From the NCBI GenBank assembly GCA_036172245.1, contig JAYWIR010000024.1, positions 1,736,001-1,800,000 on the forward strand: DNA of 64,000 nt, read 5' to 3'. Of the stretch, positions 50,760-62,431 are shown piece after piece. Each line of letters starts with the position of its first letter. Positions within the stretch are counted from its first letter, which is position 1. The notes below the pieces were generated by a model, which saw nothing but the letters and a program-made list of their open reading frames with translations, was not told the DNA's origin and ran no database searches. Source of the DNA: Raillietiella orientalis. Lineage: Eukaryota. The position numbers and the translations under genes are program-made.

Positions 50760-53245
50760 GCCGTGTGCGACGCGGCGGAGACCGGGTGCGGTTCCACTCC
50801 CCAATCCGCATCTTCTTATTTTCCGGTCGAGGCACAGAAGAAAAGACGCGAGTCCTTCAGTCCCGGACACACGTCTGGCGAGGAGGCGGGCCGGAACGCA
50901 CCAAGGGGTGCTCCACATCTTCGCCGCGATGGCTAGGGTACGCCACCGCAGCTGTATTTCCACGCGCTCCAGAGTCAGGAGGCTGAGACCGCCGTCCCGA
51001 CGTGGAGCGCACAAGTCCATCAGAGGCACTCGGGACCTCCCTTTGCCCCAAAGGGCGATGCGCAGGAGGTCCTTCGTTCTCTTTTTCATCTCACTGGGTA
51101 CGGGGCAAACAAAAAGCAGGGGGCGAAGGATGGGGGCCGCGAACGCGTTCCACACCGCGGCCCGTTCCGGCAAGTGAAACTTGCCTTCCAGGAACGGGCC
51201 GATCGCTGACTCCACTTTCTGTAGACGACCTGACCAGGCTTCTGACTGGCAGAAGTCCCCCAACGGAACCCCACGGAGAGGTACTAAGTACCTCTCCGTG
51301 GGGATCCCCAGGCGGATCCAATCAGGTCATCCTGCCCACGTTGCACCAACCGCAACCAGCGACGACTTCGTCCTGTTCACCCGTAGTCCTGTCCCTCGGC
51401 TCAGCAAGTCGAAGAAATCCTCGACTGTCGAAGCCGGGGCGGACATGGGCAGCAGGAGCAAAAGATCGTCAGCATACGCCGACACGGCCGGAGTACCGGG
51501 GCACGAGCTTGGCAGGGCAGCCAATGTCACGCTGTATGCTCTCAGCACCAGTTCGAAATAGGTGCTAAAGAGCAGGGGACTCAGGCTGTCTCCCTGCCGG
51601 ATGCCGTGCCTTACCGGCACGCCGAACACGTTTTGTCCTCTGAAAAAAACGGTGATTATCGCATTGCGCCAGCAGGCGCGCAGGTAGGCCGTTAAGGCGT
51701 CCGGGAAGCCCATGCGATCCAGGAGCTCCAGAAGGAGTTCCTAGTCCACGCAATCGAACGCTTTATGCAGATCGACTGCGATCGCTAGAACCCCCTTCCC
51801 TCCCCGGTCGTCTCTTACTTGCCGCGCTGGAGCCCCCAAATCAGGGTTGCCGACATTTCGTCTTTCCTTCTTTTCTTCGCGTCGCACGGAACCATGTGCT
51901 GGCGAAGAACAGGTTTGCTTCCATGCTTCGCCCGGGAACAGCGTACGCCTGTTCCGGGCTGACGAAGCTGTCCGCTACCTGTCCCAGCCGCGCAGCCCAC
52001 AGTCCAGCCAACAACTTGGCGTCCGTATTCACAATCGTGATCGGACGCCAGTTGCTTAATTTCCTGAGGTCTCCTCCCTTCGGAAGGAGCCTCACCCTGG
52101 ATGACCGAAACGAGGTGGGAAGATCGCCTTCGTCTCGGATCAACCTTGTCAACTCGACCACCGGGGGGGTTAGCTCTGCAGCGAAGCACTGCAAGAACTC
52201 CGCCGGCAGGCCATCCTCCCCTGGCGCCTTACGCCTCTTGAGCCTTTTAATCGCGGTGATGATTTCACCGGTCGTAAAAGGCTCGTCGAGGCTTTCTTTC
52301 TCCTCCTCCCTTATGGCCAGGGCTCCATCTGGGAGCAAGCGCCGCGAGGCGTCCCACTCCGCAGGTGTCCTGGCGTACAGGGGGGAGTGAAATTCCCGCA
52401 CGAGGCGACGTATCGATGCCGGGTCCGAGTGCTCGTGGTCCAAGTCGTCCAGCACGCTGGGCGGCCCGGTTTGCCAGGCTTGACGCTCGGCTCCGGCTTT
52501 GTACTCGGCCAAGCGACGGACGTCAGAGGTCCTCGCGTAACGACGGGCGTGCAAATACGCTCTTTATTTGCGGCCTCCCTCACCAAATCCCCGGGGCAGG
52601 CGGTGCAGAGGGAACTCCTCGCAGAACTCGCGGACCCCGAGACCTTCATGCGGTCCCAGTCGTCGAGATTCCGGAGGATGACACCTCCCAGGAATTGGCG
52701 GAGATGTTCCGCCGCACCGGAGATGCGCGTCCAGTCCCCGGGCAGACGCCACGCCCTGGATGGTGGTCCTTTATCACGAGGCATAACCTCGAAAATGAGC
52801 CGGAAATGGACGACGGAAGTTTCCCTCGTCTGCCGACCCGTGGGAACAGGTCGGCGTCAAGGAAGACGTGGTCGATGCTTTGGACCATTTCCGGTAGGTC
52901 CCCCAACAAGTTGCGCGTGAGCATAGCAGCGCACTTGCGTCTTTTTGCCCGCAAGGCACACCGGAGAGCAGGTGGATGTTGAAATCCCCACCGATCAGAT
53001 GTGCCTTGCGTACGTTTGTATCAGCCAGCCAGTCGCGCTTCAGGGTTTCGAGGAACCGGGAACGTTCTCCTTACCCTCATCCGCCGCTCGGAGCGTACAC
53101 GTTCGTCACGACAAGGTGGATCCAGTCGGACCACCTAAGGATGAGCTGGCCAACCCGACTGTCGTTGTCGAAGCGTACGCCCTTGACGACGGCGTCGACT
53201 GCTGGCTTCATAAAAAACGCGACGCCACAGGTGTTGCGAGCGCCT
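50760..53245 (-). pseudogene. LINE ORF2 (APE endonuclease + reverse transcriptase), subfamily A, frameshifted, both ends missing
   Basis: CGVAF, NVYAP, IGGDFN (APE); KAPGEDG, NWRPITIVNTDAK, VDLHKAFD, GIRQGDSLSPLLF, AYADD, VNRTKS (RT). Confidence 0.92.
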
Positions 53246-53257
53246 CATTGCCAATAC

Positions 53258-53404
53258 AAACGACCCCCGCCATTGTTCAGACGTGCATTCTTGCGCTCCG
53301 TCTTTGGAGTTCTTTGTCGGTTGTTCGTTTTGGGTGTGGTGTAATTTTCAGATGAAAATGAAGCCGACAGCTGTGCTTATGGATGTGGAGGAGTCCCCCT
53401 GCCC
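53258..53404 (+). mobile_element. Second, diverged copy of the LINE 5' UTR and first ~15 ORF1 codons
   Basis: CGACCCCCGCCATTGTTCAGACGTGCATT...ATGAAGCCG...TCCCCCTGCCC aligns with 48858-48999. Confidence 0.85.
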
Positions 53405-55609
53405 GTTGCTTCGGTGAAGGCGTGGCCAACAGCAGAGCGTTTCTGCAGGCCTGCCGATTCTCCCGTTGCCTGGACGTCCGGTATCTTGCGGAGTACAAAT
53501 CCGAGCGCCAGTTCTGGCAGTCTGGAGTGGCTTGTCTGCTTGACGACCAGGACCTGGAATGTTCGGCGCGTCTTAAAGCGCTATTACTCCTCGTTTTCTG
53601 CAAGGGAGACGACGGAACGCAGTCTCTCCGAGCTGCTTCTGCCGGCGGATGCCCCTGCTGTCGACGAGGAGGAACGAATGACCTTGGATCTGCCCTTCAC
53701 GGCTGAAGAAGTGGCTTCTGCCATAGCGGGCCTGAAGAGGCGAGAGGCGCCAGGTGAGGATGGCCTGCCTGCGGAGTTCTTCCAGTGCTTCGTGGCGGAA
53801 CTCATCCCCCTGGTGCTGAGCCTTTCTACGCTGATGCGAGAGACGGGCAATGTTCCGGCCTCGTTTCGCACAGCAAGGGTGCGTCTCCTGCCGAAAGGCG
53901 GAGACATGCACCAATTAGACAACTGGCGTCCGATCAACTTGGTGAATTCGGGAGTCAAGTTGTTTTCCAGGCTCTGGGTCGCGCGCCTAGGTAGGATCGC
54001 GGGATCCGTGGTAAGTCCGGAGCGCTTCTACGCTGTTCCCTGACGGTCCATGGAGGCGAACCTGTTCTTCTCGCGCACGTGGCTCGAGCTGCAGCGATGC
54101 GTGGCGCACGACAGCCAGAGATCAGCAGCTACGGCTGCCTCGGCTAGGCGTAGGCGCATTCGGCCTGAGGAAACGCCGAGTGCCTTGGCGGTCGCGATCG
54201 ATCTCCACAAGGCGTTCGATTGCGTGAATCAGGATCTCCTTCTGGAGCTCCTGGAACGCCTCGGTCTCTCGTGGTCTATTTGCGCGCATTCTGGCGCTTC
54301 GCGCTCATCTCGATCTGTTTCAGCGGTTGCCATGTCTACGGCGTGCCGGTGCGGCGGGGCATCAGGCAGGGCAACAGTTTAAGCCCGTTGCTCTTCAGCA
54401 TCTTCATTGAGTTGGTGCTGAGGGCGTTGGTCCAACCTGCCGAGCTCTTGTCCCTGTACGCCGTCCGTGGCGACCTATGCCGATGACCTGCTTCTCCTTT
54501 TACCCATGACCACCCCGGAGTTCAGTCTCGAGGATTTCCTAGAGCTGATTCGCCGGGAAGGGACATGAGCGTAAATCGGAGCAAGAGTGTGGTCGTTCCT
54601 GTTGGTGCGGCGTGGGAGGGGCAGTCCGACTGGATCCGCCTAAGGATTCAGACCGCTACGTCTTTGAAGTGCTTAGGCGTCCCGCTGGGGGACATCAGTC
54701 CAGTGGAAGCGTGGTCGGACTGCCTTCGGAAGGCTGCCGGTGTTCTGAGCCCGTTCCACCTTGGCAAGTTCCTCCTGCCAGAGCGGACCTCCGTTTGGAA
54801 CACCTTCGTTGCCCCCTCTTACGCCCCTGTTTTTTGTTTGTCCGCCCCCCTACTCGGCCAAGCTCCAGGCACGAAGCCTGTTGAGAAACGCTCTGTGGGG
54901 ACCCGCGAGGTCCAGGATCGGCCTCAAAGACTTGGCGGATCCGCGTCGGGATGCTGGCTTGGGCATCCTGACGCTGGACATAATCGAGCTGCAGGTGCAG
55001 TTACGAATGTTGGTCCTGTGCGCCAACCTCTGGTCCACTCCGTGGTGTGTTCCCGCGCGCCTGCTACTGTGGCGCTGAACGGGCAGCGAAGGATTTCTCT
55101 CACTGCTGCCGCATACGGAGAGCGCCACGAGAAGCTTCGGTTTCCTTCTGAAACCCTTCTATCGGCTCCTAGTAGCCCACACATGGATCTCCTGCCACCC
55201 AACGAAATTTAACACCTGGCGGCAGAACCGTTGGATGCCTGGTCAAGGCAACAGGATGTTTCCCTTTTGGGACTCCGTTGCGTCAACTTCTCTCCATACT
55301 GTACGATGGAGGAGGTCAGGAACAACCAGGAGAAGTGGACTCGCCTGGCCGTCACGCCTCTCGCAGACGCGCTGTCAGCCCTCAGGGCAAGTGATGATAG
55401 TTGCCTACCGGCGAGGTGGCAGGTCGCCTGCAGGTCTCCTGCACCATCGCAGGAGCAACCCGACCCATAGGCGGCTGGAGGACTTGCGAGCTGGCAGACG
55501 CCGCCACGCCTCGCAACATCTCGAAGGGACTCCTTCGATGGAGCGAACATTTGAGTGTGCCCCCCGAAGAACTTGTGGTCCCTCCCTCCTGGTTGAACAC
55601 TTCTGTGTT
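53405..55609 (+). pseudogene. LINE ORF2 RT domain (subfamily B), frameshifted; C-terminus resumes at 56587-57022
   Basis: EAPGEDG, NWRPINLVN, IDLHKAFD, GIRQGNSLSPLLF, TYADD (ACCTATGCCGATGAC at ~54473), VNRSKS, KCLG. Confidence 0.92.
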
Positions 55610-56575
55610 TACGCTGCGGAACATGATCGAGTGTCCCGCCAGAAGCACGTGGGCGGAGACGACCCCACTGACCACGGCGCTGCCCTTCCTGAGAAGGGCG
55701 CTTCATAACAGCCGGAAACCGAGGTGGCAAGTCGCCTGCCGGATAGCGGGCAAGGAGAAGGAGTTAAGTGGGTGGACCATGAGGGAACTGGCTGACGCCG
55801 CGACCCCAAGCGTTCTCCCTCGAGGAATCCAGAGATGAGGCGAGCTGCTTGGCATCCCGCTGGATGACCTAAAGTGGCCCCCGTTATTTAGAGACGCATC
55901 CATTCTTCCCCTCAAGTGGCAGGAAACGGCTCTGCTGTTGTTGCACTGGGGTCTTCCCTGCAACGCGCGCCGCCACCACTGAACGTTGGGGAACGTGGGA
56001 CAGAACTGTGCAGTGTGCTGGGAGAAGGAATCCCTCCCCCATCTGTTTGTGGACTGCGCTGCCCTCCGACCCTTGTGGGAACGTTTTGCCACGACCCTCC
56101 GGATGCCTGTCGGCAGTACTCCCAGAGACGTTGTGAGACTCTTCTTCGTGCGAAACGCCCTGCCTCAACCGTGGCAGAGCTCTGCTGCCTCCGAGGGATT
56201 GTGGCTGCGTGGAGCGCAGCCAACAGAGGAAGCAGCGATAGGGACCCCATCGTACACGCGGGTCGCTACCTGCGAATCGCGATCGGCTGGTCCCATCTGG
56301 GAGCTATGACGAGGGACCTCGAGGGCATCCTGGAAAGGATGGTCTCTTCCTCCAGCGGGCTGTGATCCCTTCCCGGCCCTCCAAATAGTTTCTTTTTGTT
56401 TGTTTCATTTATTTTTCTTTTTGTTTTACCCCCTATCCCCTCCGCTGCCGAGGACAGTCAAGCCGGTCTGCGAATCGGCTTCTTGGCAGGTCCCATGAAC
56501 TATTGGCCGTAGCGGGGCCTAGTACCGGAAATGTAAAGTGTTTATTAATAAACGCCCCGGCGTGACCGGTTGAGA
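55610..56575 (+). mobile_element. Nested 5'-truncated subfamily A LINE
   Basis: CAVCWEKESLPHLFVDC zf-RVT; terminus AATAAACGCCCCGGCGTGACCGG at 56547-56569; 11-bp TSD ACTTCTGTGTT at 55599-55609 and 56576-56586. Confidence 0.88.
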
Positions 56576-58831
56576 ACTTCTGTGTTCCCCCTTTCTTGGA
56601 CGTCATCATGCTGGTGCATTGGGGTTTTCACTCCAACCAGTGGATGAACCGTGTTTCAGGGGGAGTTGTCTCCCCGAACTGCAAAAGGTACGGAGAAGTG
56701 GAAACGCTCCGGCACCTGCTCTTGGACTGCTGTGTCCTCCAAGGACTGGCGGAGGCTGGCCTCTGCCCTCCTGCTCCAGGGGGACACCGCAAGGGATTTG
56801 ATGCGCCGCTTCTTCCCGCCAGGCAGCCTATCGTTAGGTGCGGGGGTCGCAACGGTCTGTTGCACTCGCGCCATGGACAAGTCCCACCGACAGCTAGAGT
56901 ACCAGGCGATTGGTCGAGAGGCCACCGGAATAGCCGAAGACCACATCACGTCGGCTGCCGAGTGGGCCCATCTTCCGGAAGACGTGAGGAGCGAGATCTC
57001 CTGCATCCTCCGCCAGTTCTGAAGGAAAGGAACGGCCAAATCCAAAGACCCCTGTTCCCTACCCTCCTCATATCTTTATTTATGTTTTTTATATGAGCAC
57101 TTGTGGTTCCCTCCCTCCCGTTCCGGACTTTCGGTTTACCGACCTGCGTGTCGGGGATCCCTCCATTCGTTTTTCTGTGTCCCTTGTCCGGGGATTCTGT
57201 TCCCGGATAGTTTAGAAATAAACGCCCCGGCGCACCCGGGTGGGAAAGAACAGGACCTGCCAGGTCGTCGGTATGCAAACCGGAGCTACTCTCCACGGCA
57301 GCGGAAGGGGATGGGGGAAAAAACAAAAAGAAAATAAAGACTTTAGTGGGCCGGGAAGAGATCATACACCACTGGGAGGAGGGTCCATCCTTTGCAGGAT
57401 GCCGTCTAGATCCATCCGAATTCTGCCCCGCTGGGGCCATCTGGTCGCAATCCGCAGGTAGCGGACAGCGAGTTCGACGGCATCCTTCTCATTGCTTGGC
57501 GTTCTGACTTCACTCCAGCCAGTCACCATCCCTCGAACGCAGCAAAGTGCTCCTAGGGCTGCGGCTGGTTGCAGGGCATCCCGCACAAAGAGAAGCCGAA
57601 AAACGTCATGGGATGGTTGCCCATCGGCATCAGCAGGGAAGTACCCAGACGTTCCCAGATGGGGCGGAGGGCAACACAGTCAACAGTCAGGTGGAGGAGG
57701 GACTCCCGTTCTCCGCACCTGGCACACTCAGGAATCACTCGTCCCCTAGTCCGGTGGTGACGGCGTGCATTTCAGGGAAGACCCCAGCGCAACAGCAGAT
57801 GAGCCGACTCTTGCCACTTCACGGGGAGGAGGCTGATATCCTTGAACACTGGAGAGCAGTCCAGATCTTCTCTAGGAATGCCGGGTAGCTCGTCACAGCG
57901 CAGTATTCCTCGTGGCGGGACATTCGGGTTAGCAGCATCTGCCAGCTGTCCCGTGGTCCAACCACTCATTCCTTTCCTCCTGCCTGCGATATCTCAGGAG
58001 ATTTCCCACCTTGGCTGTTGACTGCTGCCATTGCCTTCTTCAGGGAGGGCATTGCACCAAGGGGGATTTTCTCCTCTCACTCGCTCATGCTGGGATTCTC
58101 CAGGATCTTCCGTAGTGGGCAGAGGACGTGGCTGTTGAGTCGCAGGCAGCTCCACGTCTCCGAGCTGAGCGCGTCTCACTTGGTCCACAGGCCAACAGCT
58201 TCCTCTATCCAGGCGCTGGAGTTGACGGGTCAGCAGGCCATGCAACCGTTCTCCTTCACCAAGGTGGACATGTGCCCGAGATGGCGACTGCATCTTCTGA
58301 CCTTCCGACCGGACCACAAAAGGTATGTTGCAAGCCCCTCCTTGCGTAACACACGTTGACTGGAGAAGAGACGAGCAGGAATGCACCAGGGGGCTCTCTC
58401 GTACTTCGCTGGGATGGCCATCGTTCTCCGACGCAGCTGGATGTCCATGCGCTCCAGAGCTAGGAGGCCGCGGACGCGGTCCGGACGCGGAGCGCAAGGT
58501 TCGTCAACCGGACTCAGGACTTCCCGTCGTCCCACAAGGCGATTTGCAGGCGGTCTTTCGCCCGCTTCTTCGCTTCTCGGGGGGAGGGGAGGGGACAAAC
58601 AAAAAGCAGGGGGTGGAGGAGAGGAGCCACGAAGGGTTCCATGCCGTGGCCCCCGTTCCAGCATGTAGAACTTGCCCTCCAGGAACGGGCTGAGTGCCGA
58701 CTCTACTTTCACGGAACGATCGGGCCGAGCTTCCACAGAGGGGGAATTCCTCCAACGGCGCGCCAAGGTACTTCAAGTGTCCGTGGGAATCTCCAAGCGG
58801 ATCCGGTGCGACCGTTCGGCCCACTCTTCAC

Positions 58832-59291
58832 TTTAAACCCGGTTCGCCGGGACGTTTATTTTGTCAACAAACTTATCTATATTGTGACTAAACCAGTAGT
58901 CCAGCCACGTCCTAGAAAGTAGCAGCTTGCCGGGCTACCGGTGCGCAGACCGGCGCGGTCGACCTCGGCAGCAGAGGGGAAAGGGAAGGAAACAAAAAGA
59001 AAACAAAAAAAAATAAACAAACTGGGGAGGGATCGGGAAGGGATCACTATCTTCTGGGAGGGTCCGTCATCCTCTGGAGGATGCCGGCAAGCTGTTGTTG
59101 AATGGTGGATGTCAGATGGGGCCATCGCGTTGCCATCCGCAGGAAGCGGGCGGCATACACGGTGGCATCCCTGTCGCTAGTTCCTCCCGTCGCTTTGCTC
59201 CATGCCACGACGATCCCTCGTAGGCAGCACAGGGCTGCAAGCGAGGCCTCTGGAGGCAGGGCGTCTCGGACGAAGAGGGGGCGCAAAGCGT
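58832..59291 (-). mobile_element. Nested short subfamily A LINE 3' end
   Basis: FLRMATRWPHL; terminus at 58836-58860; 8-bp TSD CTCTTCAC at 58824-58831 and 59292-59299, with host sequence continuing after it. Confidence 0.8.
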
Positions 59292-59686
59292 CTCTTCACC
59301 AACCGCTACTTTTTTTCTTTTTCTTAAAGGAACTTCTTCCTTATTCTCTCCGGAGGGACCCTTGGAGGGAAAGCTGCTCATTTCTTCTCCGAAAGGGACC
59401 CGGAAATGATCCTATCCTGGAATTTCTTTCCTGGAGAGAACTCCGAAGGTAACAGCGCTTCTTACAGTCTGGAGATGCAACCCCCAGAGTGGGGTGCCAG
59501 CCACAGCTCTGTAGTACGTGATGACGACTCCACTTTCACGAGCACAGGAGAACCCCTTAGGGTTCCTTGATTCCTGGGTTCCTTGATTCAAGGAACTCCG
59601 GAGGACCCCGCTATCCTCCGGAGAGTCCCAATCCTGGCGGTAAGTCAAGAGAGGCATCCGGCTTTCGGCTTCCCCAGTGCCGCTCC

Positions 59687-60002
59687 TCTTCATGAGGATA
59701 GGGTTAAGATGGCCCCATCTAGGGATCCTAAAACATCTTTACAAGGATGCAGAGGACGCCTTCCAGCACACAATGATCCCTTCCCGAAACCCCCCATATT
59801 TCTGACTGTATGTTTTATTTTTTGTCTTTTTTGTTTGTCTCCCCTTTCCCATGAGCTGCCGAAGCGAACCCCGCTATCCTGCGTGCGAGCTCCCGTCAGG
59901 TTCCTTCTCGTATTCATCAGTAATGCGGCAGGATCAAACGTTCCTGCCATAGACGTGTATGTTTATTTTGTAAATAAATGCCACGGCGTGAAGGGGGGTC
60001 TA
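59687..60002 (+). mobile_element. Short LINE 3' end inserted in the SINE
   Basis: Begins LFMRIGLRWPHL; TGATCCCTT 3' UTR; AATAAATGCCACGGCGTG terminus; flanked by CCAGTGCCG(C/A)TCC. Confidence 0.8.
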
Positions 60003-60015
60003 CCAGTGCCGATCC

Positions 60016-60695
60016 TGAGTGGCAGAAGTCTGCACTGATGCTGTTGTACTGGGCCTCCCGTGCAACGCCTGCTGGCATCATTGGATACGGATGTGTGTAA
60101 ACCCAAACTATGTCAGGTGGTGCGGGGAGCGGGAATCCCTCCCGCACCTCCAAGTGGACTGTGTTGCCCTCTGACCCTTTTAAAGAAGCTTTGCCGCGAA
60201 TCCTGGAACCCCCGGTGGCAACGCCAGAGAGATGATACAGCTTCTCTTTGTGCGGGACGCCCTGCAGCCAGTCGCAGCTCTGGCAGCACTTTGCTGTCCT
60301 CGTGGGATCTCTGCGACGTGGAAAGACGCCAACCGAGGAGCCAACGACAGGGACTCCATCCAATTCGTTCTTCGCTTTTTACGGATAGCGATCAGATGGC
60401 TCCACCTGCACATCTCCATGAAACAAGACCTTGCCGAGATCCTCCAAAGGATACAGAGGACCTCCCTCAACAGGTTGTGATCCCTTTCCGTAACCACCCG
60501 AAATTGTTTTATTTTCGTCTTTTTTATTATTTTTTTTTGTCCCCCCTGCTGCCTTGGTGGACCTCACTGGTCTCCGAACCGGTAACATGGCAGTATATCT
60601 ACAGAAAGGACGTGGTTGGACCAACGGTCCAACCACAAAAATGGGAAACGTTAATTTTATTTTGAATAAACGCTCCGGCTAACCCGGGTGGAAAA
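60016..60695 (+). mobile_element. Subfamily A LINE 3' fragment inserted in the SINE
   Basis: EWQKSALMLLYW...FLRIAIRWLHL; terminus AATAAACGCTCCGGCTAACCCGGGTG at 60665-60690; flanked by CCAGTGCCG(A/C)TCC. Confidence 0.85.
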
Positions 60696-61277
60696 CCAGT
60701 GCCGCTCCCGGATGGACCGACGAGTGTCATCTTGCGGGGGCACTCGAAACCCAGGATGCACCCCGTTCTCGGCGTCGATGCTTACCCGGGCAGGATTCGA
60801 ACCCGCTACTCTCGGTGACACGCGTGTAGACCGCAGCCACACGGCCGCCAACGTGGGCTCCCTCTCAAGAGGTGCTGCTGGTCTTGCATTGAGAAATCCC
60901 ATGCGAAGCGCAACTTCATCCACCATTCGGACCGGGGCGAGTGTGGGTGCGGAAGGCGGCAGGCGTGGTGTGAGGGAGACCCTCCCGCGCCTGCCCTCCG
61001 CCCCCTTTGAGGTCGCCTGGCTACGACTCTGTGAATCCCGGTGGGCGACACCTGGGACATTTTGAAACGCTTTGCGCATGCCGCACTGCCGCCAGCCGTA
61101 TCCCCCTCGCAGTCCTCTGCTGTCTTCGCGGTTTCATGGAGGCCTGGAACGCGAGAAGAAGGGCCAGAATGGAAGGGACGCCATCCACTGTTCGGAAATC
61201 TCGTAGACAACCATGAAATGTTCCCACCTGAGCGACATCCGGAACAAACTTGCGAGCATCCTGGACGGAATGCAGAG

Positions 61278-62288
61278 TTGTCATCCGGGTACTGCGAGGC
61301 GCGTATTTAGTATAAAAATAAGCGTCCGCAATTTTTGTAGTAAGACTGGTGGTCCAACCAAGTCCGTTTCATAGGGAACTTTCCGGGTAGCCAGTACGCA
61401 GACCAATGGAATTCGTCTCGGCAGCAGAGGGGAGGGGGCAAACAAAAAGAAGAAAAAATAAATAATTTGGAGCGAAGGGGGGGTGGGGTGCGGGAAGGGA
61501 TCATTTTCTGCTGGGGGCTGTCCTCTGCATCCTTTCGAGGATGCCGACAAGCTCTTGCTGGATGATGTTTCCCAGGTGGGACCATCTCATTGCCGTCCTC
61601 ATGAAATCGGACGGCGAAGTGGATGTTGCACTCCTGTCCTCCTCTTGCATTACTCAAGGACGTTCTCGCGTAGCTGGCAGAGAGCTGCTAGGGATGCTGC
61701 CGCCGGCGGCAGTACGTCGCTAACGAAGAGGGATTTCAGTGCGTCCCTGCTGCGTCAGCCTCTGGTGGTTTCCAGGGTCGCGGAAAAGTGTTCCTGGAGG
61801 GGCCAGAGAGCAACACTGCAATCCACAAGCAGGTGCGGTAGGATTTCGTGTTTCCAGCATCTGCCACAGTTCGGGTCTACACGCCCCCATGTCCAGTGAT
61901 GCCTGCGGTCGTTGTACGGGTGACCCAAGTACCGTAGTATCAACGCAGACTCCTGCCACGCCAATAGGAGGGTGTCCAGGAGCACTGGGGCCGCTTCAGA
62001 TCTTCCTCCCGAATATTCAGCAGTAGCCCGCGCCAGCGCAAAAGTTCTAGGGGTGCTTCACTAGGGGTTGCAGCGTCTGCAAGCTGACTCGTCGTCCCAG
62101 TCCTTCTCTCCTGCCGAAGATCTCTATGGATCCTCCCAACTTGCCGGAATGCCGCTGTCCATGTGTTCCCTCAGGAAGGGCAGAGCTGCAGCAAGGGAGG
62201 TTCTTCCTGCCTACGCACCCTTCAATAGATGTTCCAGGATCTCGCAGAGCAAGCAGCTCCTGTAAGGTCCATACAGGAATCTCTGGGC
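61278..62288 (-). mobile_element. Nested subfamily A LINE 3' fragment
   Basis: CGRCWKHEILPHLLVDC; TSD ACGG(A/G)ATGCAGAG at 61265-61277 and 62289-62301. Confidence 0.8.
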
Positions 62289-62431
62289 ACGGGATGCAGA
62301 GGGCGCCTCGCAGTGTGCAGTGATCCCTTCCTCAATTCTCTCCTCCTCCCCTCCCCTCTTCCCGAGAAAAAAATTTCCCACTCTTTTTGTTTCCTTTATT
62401 TTTATTTTCTGTTTCCCTTCCCCTTCTCTGC

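Larger units (their letters stand above)
48855..57248 (+). mobile_element. Originally full-length L1/Tx1-type element (subfamily B), rearranged, with nested inserts
   Basis: 5' UTR + ORF1 at the left end and AATAAA-hairpin terminus at 57217-57243; exact 12-bp TSD AACAGGACCTGC at 48843-48854 and 57249-57260. Confidence 0.8.
48768..59309 (-). mobile_element. Subfamily A LINE 3' half in three pieces (48768-48854, 57261-58831, 59300-59309); host of nested insertions
   Basis: Terminus at 48768; 3' UTR resumes at 57261 after TSD AACAGGACCTGC; peptides YLRIATRWPQ, CARCGERESLLHLTVDC, KVESALSPFLEGKF. Confidence 0.8.
59310..60860 (-). mobile_element. SINE-like repeat, copy 5 (head 60860-60696, body 59686-59310), split by two LINE insertions
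   Basis: Minus strand reads GGCGGCCGTGTGGCTGCGGTC...GGGTTCGAATCCTG; body aligns with 22640-23015; A-rich tail at 59310-59325. Confidence 0.8.

Noticed and set aside
55330..55900. Apparent tandem duplication of a ~100-aa module (RWQVACR..ELADAATP) within ORF2
   Set aside because: Explained by a subfamily A fragment nested in a subfamily B copy, with TSD ACTTCTGTGTT at 55599 and 56576
53258..57248. Stand-alone non-autonomous element (5' UTR fused to RT, lacking ORF1 and APE)
   Set aside because: The TSD after 57248 matches the flank at 48843, not the flank of 53258, so the 3' end belongs to the larger element; kept only as an alternative
56576..60020. 5'-truncation hotspot or template jumping near the WQE..HWG codons
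   Set aside because: The two best junctions (56576 and 60003) are accounted for by TSD-bounded nested insertions; the remaining cases are too few
60760..60860. Functional tRNA gene
   Set aside because: A/B boxes are present but there is no convincing cloverleaf; copies are diverged and attached to a repeat body, which fits a SINE head
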